Positions 16,419-25,865 are shown, numbered from the stretch's first letter. The stretch is 32,000 bases of DNA from Psychrobacter sp. HD31 (GCF_051097895.1 NZ_CP142525.1:1410001-1442000), one strand, 5' to 3'. Translations and numbers: made by a program. Notes: a model not told the origin generated them from the letters alone.

Positions 16419-17534
16419 TTATCTATTCCTATTTTTTTCTCTTTTATTAGCAATAATGCGCAACCTTCTTCGTATTTTGTAAAAGTACCACATATGACTA
16501 ACACTACGTTTCCATTTACCTTTTAATACCTCATTGATAGCCAAAATAACTTCGTCAGTCGCTTGATGAGTCGTGAAAAATAGTAAATCATATAGGTCTT
16601 GGGAGCAAACTACACCATGGGCTAAGGCCTTTTGAATCGTATCTTCTAAATCACTAGCATTATTTACTATATAACCTAATTCATCTCGTCTAGCTAACTC
16701 AAGACTCTTCTCACCAATTATATCGCCACAATTTTTTATTTGAGATTCTGGCAACCCCAGTAATAGCAGAGGCTTATAACAATAAATTCCTTCAAAGATC
16801 GCACCACTATAATCAGATAACAATACATCAGTTACTGATAATAATGACAAAAGCTCAGTATCTTCAAAGAAAAAAAATAAATGAGGATATTTCTGTCGAT
16901 ACACTTCTTTATCTTTAGTAAGTAAATCATTATGATGAATTTTAATAAGTATATTATATTCAGAATGTAATCGGCTTAACTCATCGATATAATAATCAAA
17001 ACTAGAGATATCTCCCCAACTCGGGGCATAAAGGATGGTTGGGTTATTTTTATTAATATACCGAGTATATTTCAATTTACTTTCATAATGAAATCTTGAG
17101 TTATACCATCGGTCAAATCTAGGACAGCCAGTAATCTTAGTCGGAGATAGATGAGATATTTTATGTTTTGTATATTCACCATACACTAAATTTAAATTTG
17201 CTAGTGCTCGCCAGTCTCCGTAGTTATGTTTTTCCTTAGCATAACCATATTGTAGCATCATCACTTTTGCTTTTGTAAACTTATAAATTTGTTCAAAGAT
17301 TGTTTGTACAATGATGATTCTTGCAAAATCTTGAATCGTCTCATGAACTTCCAAATAGTCTACTAAAATTACTGGATTTGAAATTTCATGTAAATAATCT
17401 TTTAAAACAAAATCACTTCCTGATCTTTTTACTTCCACTAAAGTTGCATTAGGTAGTCGTTGTAAAAGTGGTTTGAAATGCAAATACTGGAACATATTCC
17501 AAACTAAAAAGACTGTAGTTTTGTGGTTTGCCAT
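16419..17534 (-). CDS. CDP-glycerol glycerophosphotransferase (TagB/TagF family), short form
   Basis: The ORF is 371 aa. PTILYAPSWGD, LIKIHHN and DVLLSDYSGAIFEGIYCYKPLLLL correspond to the TagF-family blocks also seen in the 488-aa paralog. It has a basic C-terminal tail. Confidence 0.75.
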   Translation of the reverse strand: MANHKTTVFLVWNMFQYLHFKPLLQRLPNATLVEVKRSGSDFVLKDYLHEISNPVILVDYLEVHETIQDFARIIIVQTIFEQIYKFTKAKVMMLQYGYAKEKHNYGDWRALANLNLVYGEYTKHKISHLSPTKITGCPRFDRWYNSRFHYESKLKYTRYINKNNPTILYAPSWGDISSFDYYIDELSRLHSEYNILIKIHHNDLLTKDKEVYRQKYPHLFFFFEDTELLSLLSVTDVLLSDYSGAIFEGIYCYKPLLLLGLPESQIKNCGDIIGEKSLELARRDELGYIVNNASDLEDTIQKALAHGVVCSQDLYDLLFFTTHQATDEVILAINEVLKGKWKRSVSHMWYFYKIRRRLRIIANKREKNRNR

Positions 17535-17552
17535 TCTAATTATTTTAATAAT

Positions 17553-17580
17553 AAAAAAACCCCTCCATTATAGAGGGGCT
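17553..17580 (-). terminator. rho-independent terminator of the suc operon (after sucD)
   Basis: The minus-strand RNA reads CCCCUC-uauaaug-GAGGGG followed by UUUUUUU. It lies 59 nt after the sucD stop. Confidence 0.8.
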
Positions 17581-17596
17581 CCAGTATTACTTTCAA
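17567..17596 (-). promoter_or_regulatory. candidate sigma70 promoter for the island, overlapping the sucD terminator
   Basis: On the minus strand, TTGAAA (17596-17591) is followed by an 18-nt spacer and TATAAT (17572-17567). The -10 hexamer is the terminator loop. The first island gene starts at 17534. Confidence 0.3.
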
Positions 17597-17638
17597 GATA
17601 TTTCACACTTAACATACATTACAAATATTACAATTTCA

Positions 17639-18514
17639 TTACCAACCAGTCACTTCTGCAACTTTTTCGCCAATTTTAGACGGATCACGGGTGTAAGCAA
17701 TACCCGCTGCTTCAAATGCTTTAAATTTCTCTTCTGCAGTACCTTTACCACCAGAGATAATAGCACCAGCATGCCCCATACGTTTGCCTTTAGGTGCTGT
17801 CACACCAGCGATATAACCAATAACCGGCTTAGTAACATGGTCTTTAATGTAAGCAGCAGCTTCTTCTTCTGCTGTACCACCAATTTCACCAATCAATACG
17901 ATTGCCTCGGTTTGTGGATCTTCTTGGAACAGTTTTAACGCATCAATCTGGTTCATACCCGGGATTGGGTCACCACCAATACCAATACAAGTTGATTGAC
18001 CAAAGCCTAGTTTCGTTGTTTGTGCAACCGCTTCATAAGTTAACGTACCTGAACGAGAAATAACACCAACTTTACCTGGCAAATGGATATGACCTGGCAT
18101 AATACCAATTTTACACTCACCTGGTGTGATAACGCCTGGACAGTTAGGGCCAACCATCTTAACGTCGCCAGCTTGCTCGATATAGCGTTTGGCTTTTAAC
18201 ATGTCTAATGTCGGTACGCCTTCAGTAATCACTACGATTAGCTTAACACCAGCATCAACCGCTTCGATGATAGAATCTAATACAAATGGTGCTGGCACAT
18301 ATATTACCGAAGCATCCGCTTCAGTAGCTGCCATTGCTTCATTCATTGTGTTCCAAACTGGCAAACCTAAGTGAGTTTGACCACCTTTACCAGGCGTCAC
18401 ACCACCAACAATTTTTGTACCATATTCAATCGCTTGTTCTGAATGGAAAGTACCATTTTTACCTGTAAAGCCCTGTACTAATACTTTGGTATCTTTATTT
18501 ATCAATACGCTCAT
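17639..18514 (-). CDS. sucD: succinyl-CoA synthetase subunit alpha
   Basis: The ORF is 291 aa. [33 protein letters not shown] and [15 protein letters not shown] (phosphohistidine loop) are present. An AGGAG Shine-Dalgarno sequence precedes it. Confidence 0.97.
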   Translation of the reverse strand: MSVLINKDTKVLVQGFTGKNGTFHSEQAIEYGTKIVGGVTPGKGGQTHLGLPVWNTMNEAMAATEADASVIYVPAPFVLDSIIEAVDAGVKLIVVITEGVPTLDMLKAKRYIEQAGDVKMVGPNCPGVITPGECKIGIMPGHIHLPGKVGVISRSGTLTYEAVAQTTKLGFGQSTCIGIGGDPIPGMNQIDALKLFQEDPQTEAIVLIGEIGGTAEEEAAAYIKDHVTKPVIGYIAGVTAPKGKRMGHAGAIISGGKGTAEEKFKAFEAAGIAYTRDPSKIGEKVAEVTGW

Positions 18515-18539
18515 TTTATTCTCCTATTATCCTTTTTAA

Positions 18540-19706
18540 TTATGCGTTCACAGCATCAACAATTTTTTGACCTGCTTCTGACAAACCAACTGCAGAAATA
18601 AGTTTCAAGCCAGACTCATCAAGCAATTGCGCGCCTTTTTCTGCATTGTTACCTTCTAAACGAACAACAACAGGAACTTTCACGTCAACTTCTTTCACAG
18701 CGGCAATAATCGCCTCTGCAATCATGTCACAACGAACAATACCACCAAAGATGTTGATTAAAACACCTTGTACGCTGCTATCTTCAAGGATAATTTTAAA
18801 TGCTTCAACTACACGTTCTTTAGTTGCACCGCCACCAACATCTAAGAAGTTTGCTGGCTGACCACCATACAATTTGATGATGTCCATGGTTGCCATTGCA
18901 AGGCCTGCACCGTTAACCATACAGCCAATGTTACCTTCTAACGCAACATAGTTTAGGTCAAATTCAGCGGCTTTAAGCTCACGCTCATTTTCTTGTGATG
19001 GATCATGTAGTTCTGCAATTTTTGGTAAACGATACAGCGCATTTGAATCAATACCAATTTTGCCATCAACACAAGCAAGTTCGCCATTTTCACGTACTGC
19101 TAGTGGGTTGATTTCAAATAATGCAAAATCATTTTCTACAAATGCGTTATATGCACCTAACATTAATTTAGTAAATTGATTTACTTGTTTGCCTTCAAGA
19201 CCAAGTTTAAATGCCACTTCACGTGCTTGGAATGGCAATAAACCAACTAATGGATCAACTTCAATTTTAAAGATTTTTTCTGGCGTTTCTTCGGCTACCT
19301 TTTCGATTTCAACACCACCTTCGGTAGATGCCATGAAAGTAACACGTCGGCTAGAACGGTCAACAACCGCACCTAAATACAATTCTGTTTGTACTGGATA
19401 CATGTCTTCACAAACAAGCACAAAGTTAACTGGCTGACCTTCAGCATCTGTTTGGTAAGTAACAAGGTTTTTGCCGATTAATTCATCAGTAATTTGTTTT
19501 GCTTCTTCACGTGATTTAGCAATTTTTACACCACCTGCTTTACCACGGCCACCAGCATGTACTTGTGCTTTAATTACTGCCATGTCGGTTGGTGTTTTAT
19601 CAAATGCTGCTGCTGCTTCATCACCACTATGCGCAATTATTCCTTCTTGAATTGGCAGTCCGTAGCTCTTAAGAAGCTCTTTAGCTTGGTATTCATGTAA
19701 ATTCAT
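18540..19706 (-). CDS. sucC: succinyl-CoA synthetase subunit beta
   Basis: The ORF is 388 aa. It starts [18 protein letters not shown] and carries [18 protein letters not shown] and [17 protein letters not shown]. Confidence 0.97.
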   Translation of the reverse strand: MNLHEYQAKELLKSYGLPIQEGIIAHSGDEAAAAFDKTPTDMAVIKAQVHAGGRGKAGGVKIAKSREEAKQITDELIGKNLVTYQTDAEGQPVNFVLVCEDMYPVQTELYLGAVVDRSSRRVTFMASTEGGVEIEKVAEETPEKIFKIEVDPLVGLLPFQAREVAFKLGLEGKQVNQFTKLMLGAYNAFVENDFALFEINPLAVRENGELACVDGKIGIDSNALYRLPKIAELHDPSQENERELKAAEFDLNYVALEGNIGCMVNGAGLAMATMDIIKLYGGQPANFLDVGGGATKERVVEAFKIILEDSSVQGVLINIFGGIVRCDMIAEAIIAAVKEVDVKVPVVVRLEGNNAEKGAQLLDESGLKLISAVGLSEAGQKIVDAVNA

Positions 19707-19752
19707 TGTATTTTCCTTCTATGGTTGTTCATGAATTATTGTTAAGTTTATA

Positions 19753-19782
19753 AAGCATGACAGAGTTCACACCATCATGCTT
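19753..19782 (-). other. intercistronic stem-loop between lpdA and sucC
   Basis: A perfect 8-bp inverted repeat AAGCATGA/TCATGCTT with a 14-nt loop lies 15 nt after the lpdA stop. There is no clean U-tract. Confidence 0.35.
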
Positions 19783-19796
19783 AAATTTAATACTAT

Positions 19797-21248
19797 TTAC
19801 TTACGTTTTTTACGTTGAATGGCATGAATTGCACGTCCATCTGCCGATAAGGCAGCTTCATGTACCGCTTCTGAAACAGTTGGGTGAGCAAATGTCATTA
19901 ATTGTAAGTCTTCGATACTTGATACAAACTCCATCGCGATCATACCTTGGTGTACAATATCTCCTGCGCCAACGCCAACCATATGCATGCCTAACAAGCG
20001 ATCCGTTTTTGCATCAGCAACCACTTTTACAAGTCCATTACCTTCGCCTTGCGCCAAAGCACGACCATTTGCTGCCAAACCAAATGAGCCAGTTTTCACT
20101 TCATGACCTTGCTCAATTGCTTGCTCTTCGGTCAAACCTACCCAAGCGATTTCTGGTGCTGTGTAAATCACACTGATAATGGTGTCATAGTTTACTTGTG
20201 CTTTTTCGCCATGAATACGCTCAACCGCCATCATGCCTTCTTCCATTGCTTTGTGTGCAAGCATAGGACCACGTACCAAGTCACCAATTGCATATACGCC
20301 ATCTAAATTGGTTTTACATTGGTCATCAACATCAACCAAACCACGGTCGGTTAATTGGATACCAGAGTTTTCACCCAATAGTTTTTCACTATAGGCACGA
20401 CGACCAACACAAACAATCAGTTTATCAAAGGTTTCTTCAGAAATTTCGCCACCTTTATCCGCGGTTACAACCACTTGACCGTCTTTTACTTCAGCGTTGT
20501 TTACTTTCGTATCAACACGGATGTCTAATCCTTGTTTTTTTAGTAGTTTCTGCGATTCTTTAGCAATGTCTTTATCTGCAGCGGCTAAAAATGATGGCAT
20601 TGCTTCATATACCACAACTTCAGCACCTAAACGACGCCATACTGAGCCAAGCTCAAGACCAATAACACCGGCACCAATCACACCCAAGCGTTTTGGTACT
20701 TCGCTAAACTCTAATGCACCTGTCGAATCAACAATATATTCACCATCTGTTTTGGCAACTGGGATATCAATTGGTACAGAACCAGCTGCTAAAATAACGC
20801 TTTTTGCCGTGATTGATTTGGCTTCTGAACCATCTAGCGGTGTAAAAGTAACTTTTTTATCATTACCTGTACCGTCTTCTAGTGTTCCCCAGCCTTGTAA
20901 CCAGTCAACTTTGTTACCTTTTAACAAGCCAGCAACACCAGCTGTTAACTGCTTAACAATCGCATCTTTACGTTCTAGCATTTTGCTAATGTCGATATTA
21001 ACATCACTTGTGTTAATGCCATGATCTGCAAGTTCATGTTGAGTGGCTTCAAAACGGTGAGAGCTGTCTAATAAAGCTTTTGATGGGATACAACCAACAT
21101 TCAAGCAAGTACCACCCAGCGCAGGCTCACCTTTATGCACACGTTTTTCGATACAAGCGACGCTCATACCAAGCTGTGCACCACGAATAGCCGCTTCATA
21201 GCCACCTGGTCCACCACCAATAACAACTAAATCATAATTATCTTTCAT
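19797..21248 (-). CDS. lpdA: dihydrolipoyl dehydrogenase (E3)
   Basis: The ORF is 483 aa. It has DLVVIGGGPGGYEAAIRGAQLG and the redox disulfide GGTCLNVGCIPSKALL. The C-terminal HAHPTVSEA motif is also present. Confidence 0.95.
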   Translation of the reverse strand: MKDNYDLVVIGGGPGGYEAAIRGAQLGMSVACIEKRVHKGEPALGGTCLNVGCIPSKALLDSSHRFEATQHELADHGINTSDVNIDISKMLERKDAIVKQLTAGVAGLLKGNKVDWLQGWGTLEDGTGNDKKVTFTPLDGSEAKSITAKSVILAAGSVPIDIPVAKTDGEYIVDSTGALEFSEVPKRLGVIGAGVIGLELGSVWRRLGAEVVVYEAMPSFLAAADKDIAKESQKLLKKQGLDIRVDTKVNNAEVKDGQVVVTADKGGEISEETFDKLIVCVGRRAYSEKLLGENSGIQLTDRGLVDVDDQCKTNLDGVYAIGDLVRGPMLAHKAMEEGMMAVERIHGEKAQVNYDTIISVIYTAPEIAWVGLTEEQAIEQGHEVKTGSFGLAANGRALAQGEGNGLVKVVADAKTDRLLGMHMVGVGAGDIVHQGMIAMEFVSSIEDLQLMTFAHPTVSEAVHEAALSADGRAIHAIQRKKRK

Positions 21249-21370
21249 AATATTTCCTTTAAAGGCTTTGTTTTATATTTGATTTTTAAAGTGTCAAACA
21301 ATTTGTTTTTATGTAAAACAAACTAATATATTGCGATTAGTTTTAATAATTCAAAAAAATACTTATTAAT

Positions 21371-21403
21371 AAAGGCGGACTGTCACAATTGCAATCCACC
21401 TTT
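21371..21403 (-). other. intercistronic stem-loop or partial terminator between sucB and lpdA
   Basis: The minus-strand RNA AAAGGUGGA...UCCGCCUUU forms a 9-bp stem with one G.U wobble, which would be a C.A mismatch on the plus strand. It lies 14 nt after the sucB stop, and the U-rich tail is not contiguous. Confidence 0.4.
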
Positions 21404-21416
21404 CTTTTTAGGCGAC

Positions 21417-22622
21417 TTATAAGTCAAGCAACAACATGGTTGGGTCTTCTACCAATTCTTTAATCGTTACCAAAAATTGTACCGCATCTTTACCATCAAT
21501 TAAGCGATGGTCATAAGATAGTGCCAGGTACATCATTGGTAAAATTTGCACTTCACCATTAACTGCCATTGGACGCTCATTAATCGCATGCATCCCTAAA
21601 ATTGCAGTTTGCGGTGGGTTAATAATTGGCGTTGACATAAGTGAACCAAATACACCACCATTAGTAATAGTAAACGTACCACCCATCATTTCTTCTAGCG
21701 CTAACTTGCCATCACGTGCTTTGCCAGCATATTCACGGATGCCAGCTTCTACATCTGCCATGCTCATGCGATCTGTATCACGCAGTACTGGAACAACCAA
21801 ACCACGCTCTGAAGAGACAGCAACACCCACATCATAATAGCCATGGTAAACAATATCATCACCATCAATTGAGGCATTAACTGCAGGGAAACGCTTCAAT
21901 GCTTCTGTGGCTGCTTTAACAAACAGACCCATGAAACCTAAACGCGTGCCGTGACGCTCTTCAAATTTATCTTTATACTTTTTGCGCATGTCCATTAATG
22001 GCTTCATGTTCACTTCGTTAAAAGTGGTTAACATAGCAGTTTCGTTAGTTGCTGCCAACAAACGACCTGCAACCGTTTTACGCAAACGTGTCATTGGTAC
22101 ACGCTCTTCAACACGCTCACCAACTGCTTCAGCAACAGGACGACCACTTGCCGTGGTAATTGAAGGATCAGTTTTTAAGGTTGGGTTTGCCATGTCTTCT
22201 TTAGTAACACGCCCACCACGACCGCTGCCTTGAACATCTGCAGGGTTTACACCTGATTCACGGGCTGCTTTACGTACTGCAGGACTGCCTTCAACATTTG
22301 CTTCATTAGCGCTAGTAGCGGCGGCTACTTCTGCTTTTGGTGCTTCTTCTGTTTGATTACTTTCACTAGGTGCCGCTGTACCTGTGGCTCCTGCTTCAAA
22401 CTCACCAATTAGCTCATCAGAAATAACCGTTTCATCAACACCTTTAATAATTTTTGTTACCACACCATCATCTGGCGCAACAACTTCTAAAACAACTTTA
22501 TCTGTTTCAATTTCTGCCAAGATGTCGTCACGATTAACTTGCTCGCCTTCGCTTACATGCCACTCAACAATTGTGCCATCTGCTACCGACTCTGGAAATA
22601 CGGGTGCTTTAATATCTGCCAT
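21417..22622 (-). CDS. sucB: dihydrolipoyllysine-residue succinyltransferase (E2 of 2-oxoglutarate dehydrogenase)
   Basis: The ORF is 401 aa. It has a single lipoyl domain ([11 protein letters not shown]), an Ala/Pro-rich linker and the catalytic C-terminus [10 protein letters not shown]. Confidence 0.95.
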   Translation of the reverse strand: MADIKAPVFPESVADGTIVEWHVSEGEQVNRDDILAEIETDKVVLEVVAPDDGVVTKIIKGVDETVISDELIGEFEAGATGTAAPSESNQTEEAPKAEVAAATSANEANVEGSPAVRKAARESGVNPADVQGSGRGGRVTKEDMANPTLKTDPSITTASGRPVAEAVGERVEERVPMTRLRKTVAGRLLAATNETAMLTTFNEVNMKPLMDMRKKYKDKFEERHGTRLGFMGLFVKAATEALKRFPAVNASIDGDDIVYHGYYDVGVAVSSERGLVVPVLRDTDRMSMADVEAGIREYAGKARDGKLALEEMMGGTFTITNGGVFGSLMSTPIINPPQTAILGMHAINERPMAVNGEVQILPMMYLALSYDHRLIDGKDAVQFLVTIKELVEDPTMLLLDL

Positions 22623-22693
22623 GATAGGCTCCTTTTAAATTTTTAAATTCGTTTCTATATAATGTCGTAAATTAAATATGCAAACAAAATAGA

Positions 22694-22714
22694 TAGCCAA
22701 GTCTCTGCTGGCTA
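22694..22714 (-). other. short intercistronic hairpin between sucA and sucB
   Basis: A 6-bp stem TAGCCA/TGGCTA with a 9-nt loop lies 11 nt after the sucA stop. Confidence 0.3.
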
Positions 22715-22724
22715 CCTACTTTTA

Positions 22725-25550
22725 TCATGCTAATCTCAATGCTTTGTTAACCAATGCTTGCTGTTGCTCTATATGTATTTTTGGCGAACCAGTTGCCGGC
22801 GCAGCCGAAGCAGGTCTTGCTGAAGGTTCTATTAATTTTGCTTTGGTTGGATGAGGTAATACCACTTTAAATAGTTCTGGGGCAAGGTAATACCAAGCAC
22901 CTTGATTTAATGGTTCTTCCTGTGTCCAAATAATTTCTTGCAAGTTTGGATATTTTTCTATTTCTGCCAAAATTCGTTGCTCAGGGAACGGGTATAGTTG
23001 CTCAATACGCACAATAGCAACGTCATCCAAACCCGCTTCACGGCGTTTTTCTAAAATATCATAATAAACTTTACCGCCACACATCACTAAACGAGTCACT
23101 TTGCTGTTGTCTTGTGCATCGACTTCTGACAGTACGGTTTCAAACTTACCATTGGCAAGCTCTTCAAGATTGGATACAGCCAGTTTATGGCGCAACAAAC
23201 TTTTTGGAGACATGATAATCAAAGGTTTACGGATAGGACGCACCGCTTGACGACGCAACACGTGGAAAATTTGTGCTGGCGTTGTTGGCGTTACCACTTG
23301 CATGTTATCTTCTGCACACAACTGCAGGTAACGCTCTAAACGTGCTGATGAATGCTCTGGTCCTTGACCTTCAAAACCATGTGGTAATAGCATGGTTAGT
23401 CCATTAACTCGTTGCCACTTTGTTTCACCACTTGAAATAAATTGGTCAATGACTACCTGAGCGCCATTGGCAAAGTCACCAAACTGTGCTTCCCAAATGA
23501 TTAATGAGTCTGGCACAGTGGTTGCATAGCCATATTCAAACGCAAGTACCGCTTCTTCAGATAACAATGAGTTAAAGGTATCAAAACGTCCTGCTTGGCT
23601 GTTGCTAACATGCTGTAACGGCACATGGAAGGTACCAGTATTGATGTCATAAAGTTCACTATGACGATGTGAGAAGGTACCACGTCCTACATCTTCTCCG
23701 GTAATACGCACCAAGAAATCTTCATCTACTAAGGTAGCATAAGCCAACGTTTCTGCCGCACCCCAGTTTAAGGGTTGCTCACCTGTTTGCATGGCAAGGC
23801 GTTGTTCAACCACTTTGGCAACTTGACGTTGTAATTTATGACCTTCTGGCATTATTGCCATTTTACGACCAAACTCTTTTAGTTTGTCGATATCAACGCT
23901 GGTATCCCAGTCGTCTTCTAACTGATGACCAAGATATGGCTTCCAGTCTACAAATAATTTAGAGTCTGGTTGGCTAACCAACGAGTTAGCAACATATTCA
24001 CCACGATCTAATGACTCACGGTATTCATCTTCTAGTTGTTTTTCTTTCGCCGCATCAATCACGCCTTCGTCAATCAACTGCTGAGCATATTTTGCGCGTG
24101 TTGTTGGTAACTTTTTAATGACTGAATACATCAATGGCTGAGTTGCAGATGGCTCATCTGCCTCGTTATGACCGTTACGACGGTAACAAAAAATATCTAA
24201 TACAATATCTTTGTTAAATTCACGACGATAATCAAGGGCAATTTGCGCAGCATAAACAACCGCTTCTGGGTTATCACCATTAACGTGTAATACCGGCGCA
24301 TGCACCATTTTGGCAATATCGGTACAGTATTTAGTTGAACGAGCATCCTCTTTACGAGAAGTCGTAAAACCCACTTGGTTATTGATGACAATATGTACCG
24401 TACCACCTGTGTAGTAAGCACGTGTTTGTGACATCTGGAAGGTTTCTTGAACCACGCCTTGACCTGCAAAGGCGGCATCACCATGGATAACAATCGGCAA
24501 TACACTATCGCCTTCATCATCACCACGACGAACTTGACGAGCTCGCACTGAGCCTTCTAATACTGGTGATACAATCTCTAGGTGTGATGGGTTAAAGGCA
24601 AGTGCAAGGTGTGCTTCGCCGCCTGGCGTCATTACATTTGATGAGTAACCATTATGGTATTTAACATCACCAGAACCTTCGGTTGGTTGTACTTTACCAT
24701 CAAACTCATCAAACAAATCGGCAGGATTTTTACCCAAAATGTTGACCAGTAGGTTTAATCGACCACGGTGTGCCATGCCAATAACCATCTCTTTTGTGCC
24801 ATGTTCTCCAGCACGTTGGATGATTTCATTCATTGCAGGAATAAAGCTTTCACCACCTTCTAGACCAAAACGCTTAACACCAATATATTTACGGGCTAAG
24901 TATTTTTCTAAACCTTCGGCAGCCGTTAAACGCTCCAGAATCGAGACTTTTTTCTCGTTACTAAAGTTGATGTGACCTTCATTTTGCTCTAAATAATTTT
25001 GGAACCACTGCGTTTCTTCACTGGTGGTGGCATGCATAAACTCAGCACCAATTTGGTTGCAATAAACACGATCCATCATGGCAATAATGTCACGCAATTT
25101 TGCTTTTTGTTTATCCACTTTTAGGTTTTCAATTGGATACACATCATCTAAATCGGCTTCGCTTAATCCGTGGTAATGCAAAGTCAGTTCACTACGCACT
25201 TCTGGCTTTTGTAATCCTAAAGGATCAAGACTGGCTTGATGATGCCCACGTCTTCTATAAATAGATAGTAAACGCTGCACATTCATGTGTTTTAGGTTAG
25301 GGTCTAAATTTGCATCAGGTGCAAAATTTACTTGCTTATTGGCTGTTTGGTTACGTGCCAATAGTAAAAATTGATCTTGAATCGCGTGATGATGAGCATC
25401 ATCCCCTGTGGTATATTGCGAAAAATATTGTTTCCAATCTGCATCAACACTATTTGGGTCAGTTAGGTATTGCTCATACATTGCTTCAATGTATGTGGCG
25501 TTGTCGCCTGCGAGCTCAGTATGTCCTTGAGCATTAATATTATTTGTCAT
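22725..25550 (-). CDS. sucA: 2-oxoglutarate dehydrogenase E1 component (ThDP-dependent)
   Basis: The ORF is 941 aa. The N-terminal NATYIEAMYEQYLTDPNSVDADWKQYF is typical. Internal HRGRLN, GDAAFAGQGVV and HGFEGQGPEHSSARLER blocks are present. Confidence 0.97.
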   Translation of the reverse strand: MTNNINAQGHTELAGDNATYIEAMYEQYLTDPNSVDADWKQYFSQYTTGDDAHHHAIQDQFLLLARNQTANKQVNFAPDANLDPNLKHMNVQRLLSIYRRRGHHQASLDPLGLQKPEVRSELTLHYHGLSEADLDDVYPIENLKVDKQKAKLRDIIAMMDRVYCNQIGAEFMHATTSEETQWFQNYLEQNEGHINFSNEKKVSILERLTAAEGLEKYLARKYIGVKRFGLEGGESFIPAMNEIIQRAGEHGTKEMVIGMAHRGRLNLLVNILGKNPADLFDEFDGKVQPTEGSGDVKYHNGYSSNVMTPGGEAHLALAFNPSHLEIVSPVLEGSVRARQVRRGDDEGDSVLPIVIHGDAAFAGQGVVQETFQMSQTRAYYTGGTVHIVINNQVGFTTSRKEDARSTKYCTDIAKMVHAPVLHVNGDNPEAVVYAAQIALDYRREFNKDIVLDIFCYRRNGHNEADEPSATQPLMYSVIKKLPTTRAKYAQQLIDEGVIDAAKEKQLEDEYRESLDRGEYVANSLVSQPDSKLFVDWKPYLGHQLEDDWDTSVDIDKLKEFGRKMAIMPEGHKLQRQVAKVVEQRLAMQTGEQPLNWGAAETLAYATLVDEDFLVRITGEDVGRGTFSHRHSELYDINTGTFHVPLQHVSNSQAGRFDTFNSLLSEEAVLAFEYGYATTVPDSLIIWEAQFGDFANGAQVVIDQFISSGETKWQRVNGLTMLLPHGFEGQGPEHSSARLERYLQLCAEDNMQVVTPTTPAQIFHVLRRQAVRPIRKPLIIMSPKSLLRHKLAVSNLEELANGKFETVLSEVDAQDNSKVTRLVMCGGKVYYDILEKRREAGLDDVAIVRIEQLYPFPEQRILAEIEKYPNLQEIIWTQEEPLNQGAWYYLAPELFKVVLPHPTKAKLIEPSARPASAAPATGSPKIHIEQQQALVNKALRLA

Positions 25551-25865
25551 TTTCTGGTCTCATTTGACTTTGACAGGTAAAAAAAATAATCTGAGTTTCT
25601 GTGTTACACAAAGCATATTCTTTCAATAAAATATGCCTTCTTATCGTTGTTTAACACAGTCTCCTAGACATTATTCGTAGAATAACATGCCTTAATATAT
25701 CTCACAATTTGAATCAAAAATACCAACCATTAATTAGGTAAATAATGGTGAATTTCATCTATATTCAAATCATATACTCCTTGTAAATACAAGCAATCAA
25801 GGTATATTAGACAAATAACTGGATTTCCTTATCATTAGTATTGTAACAAACACTTATAAAAAAAT

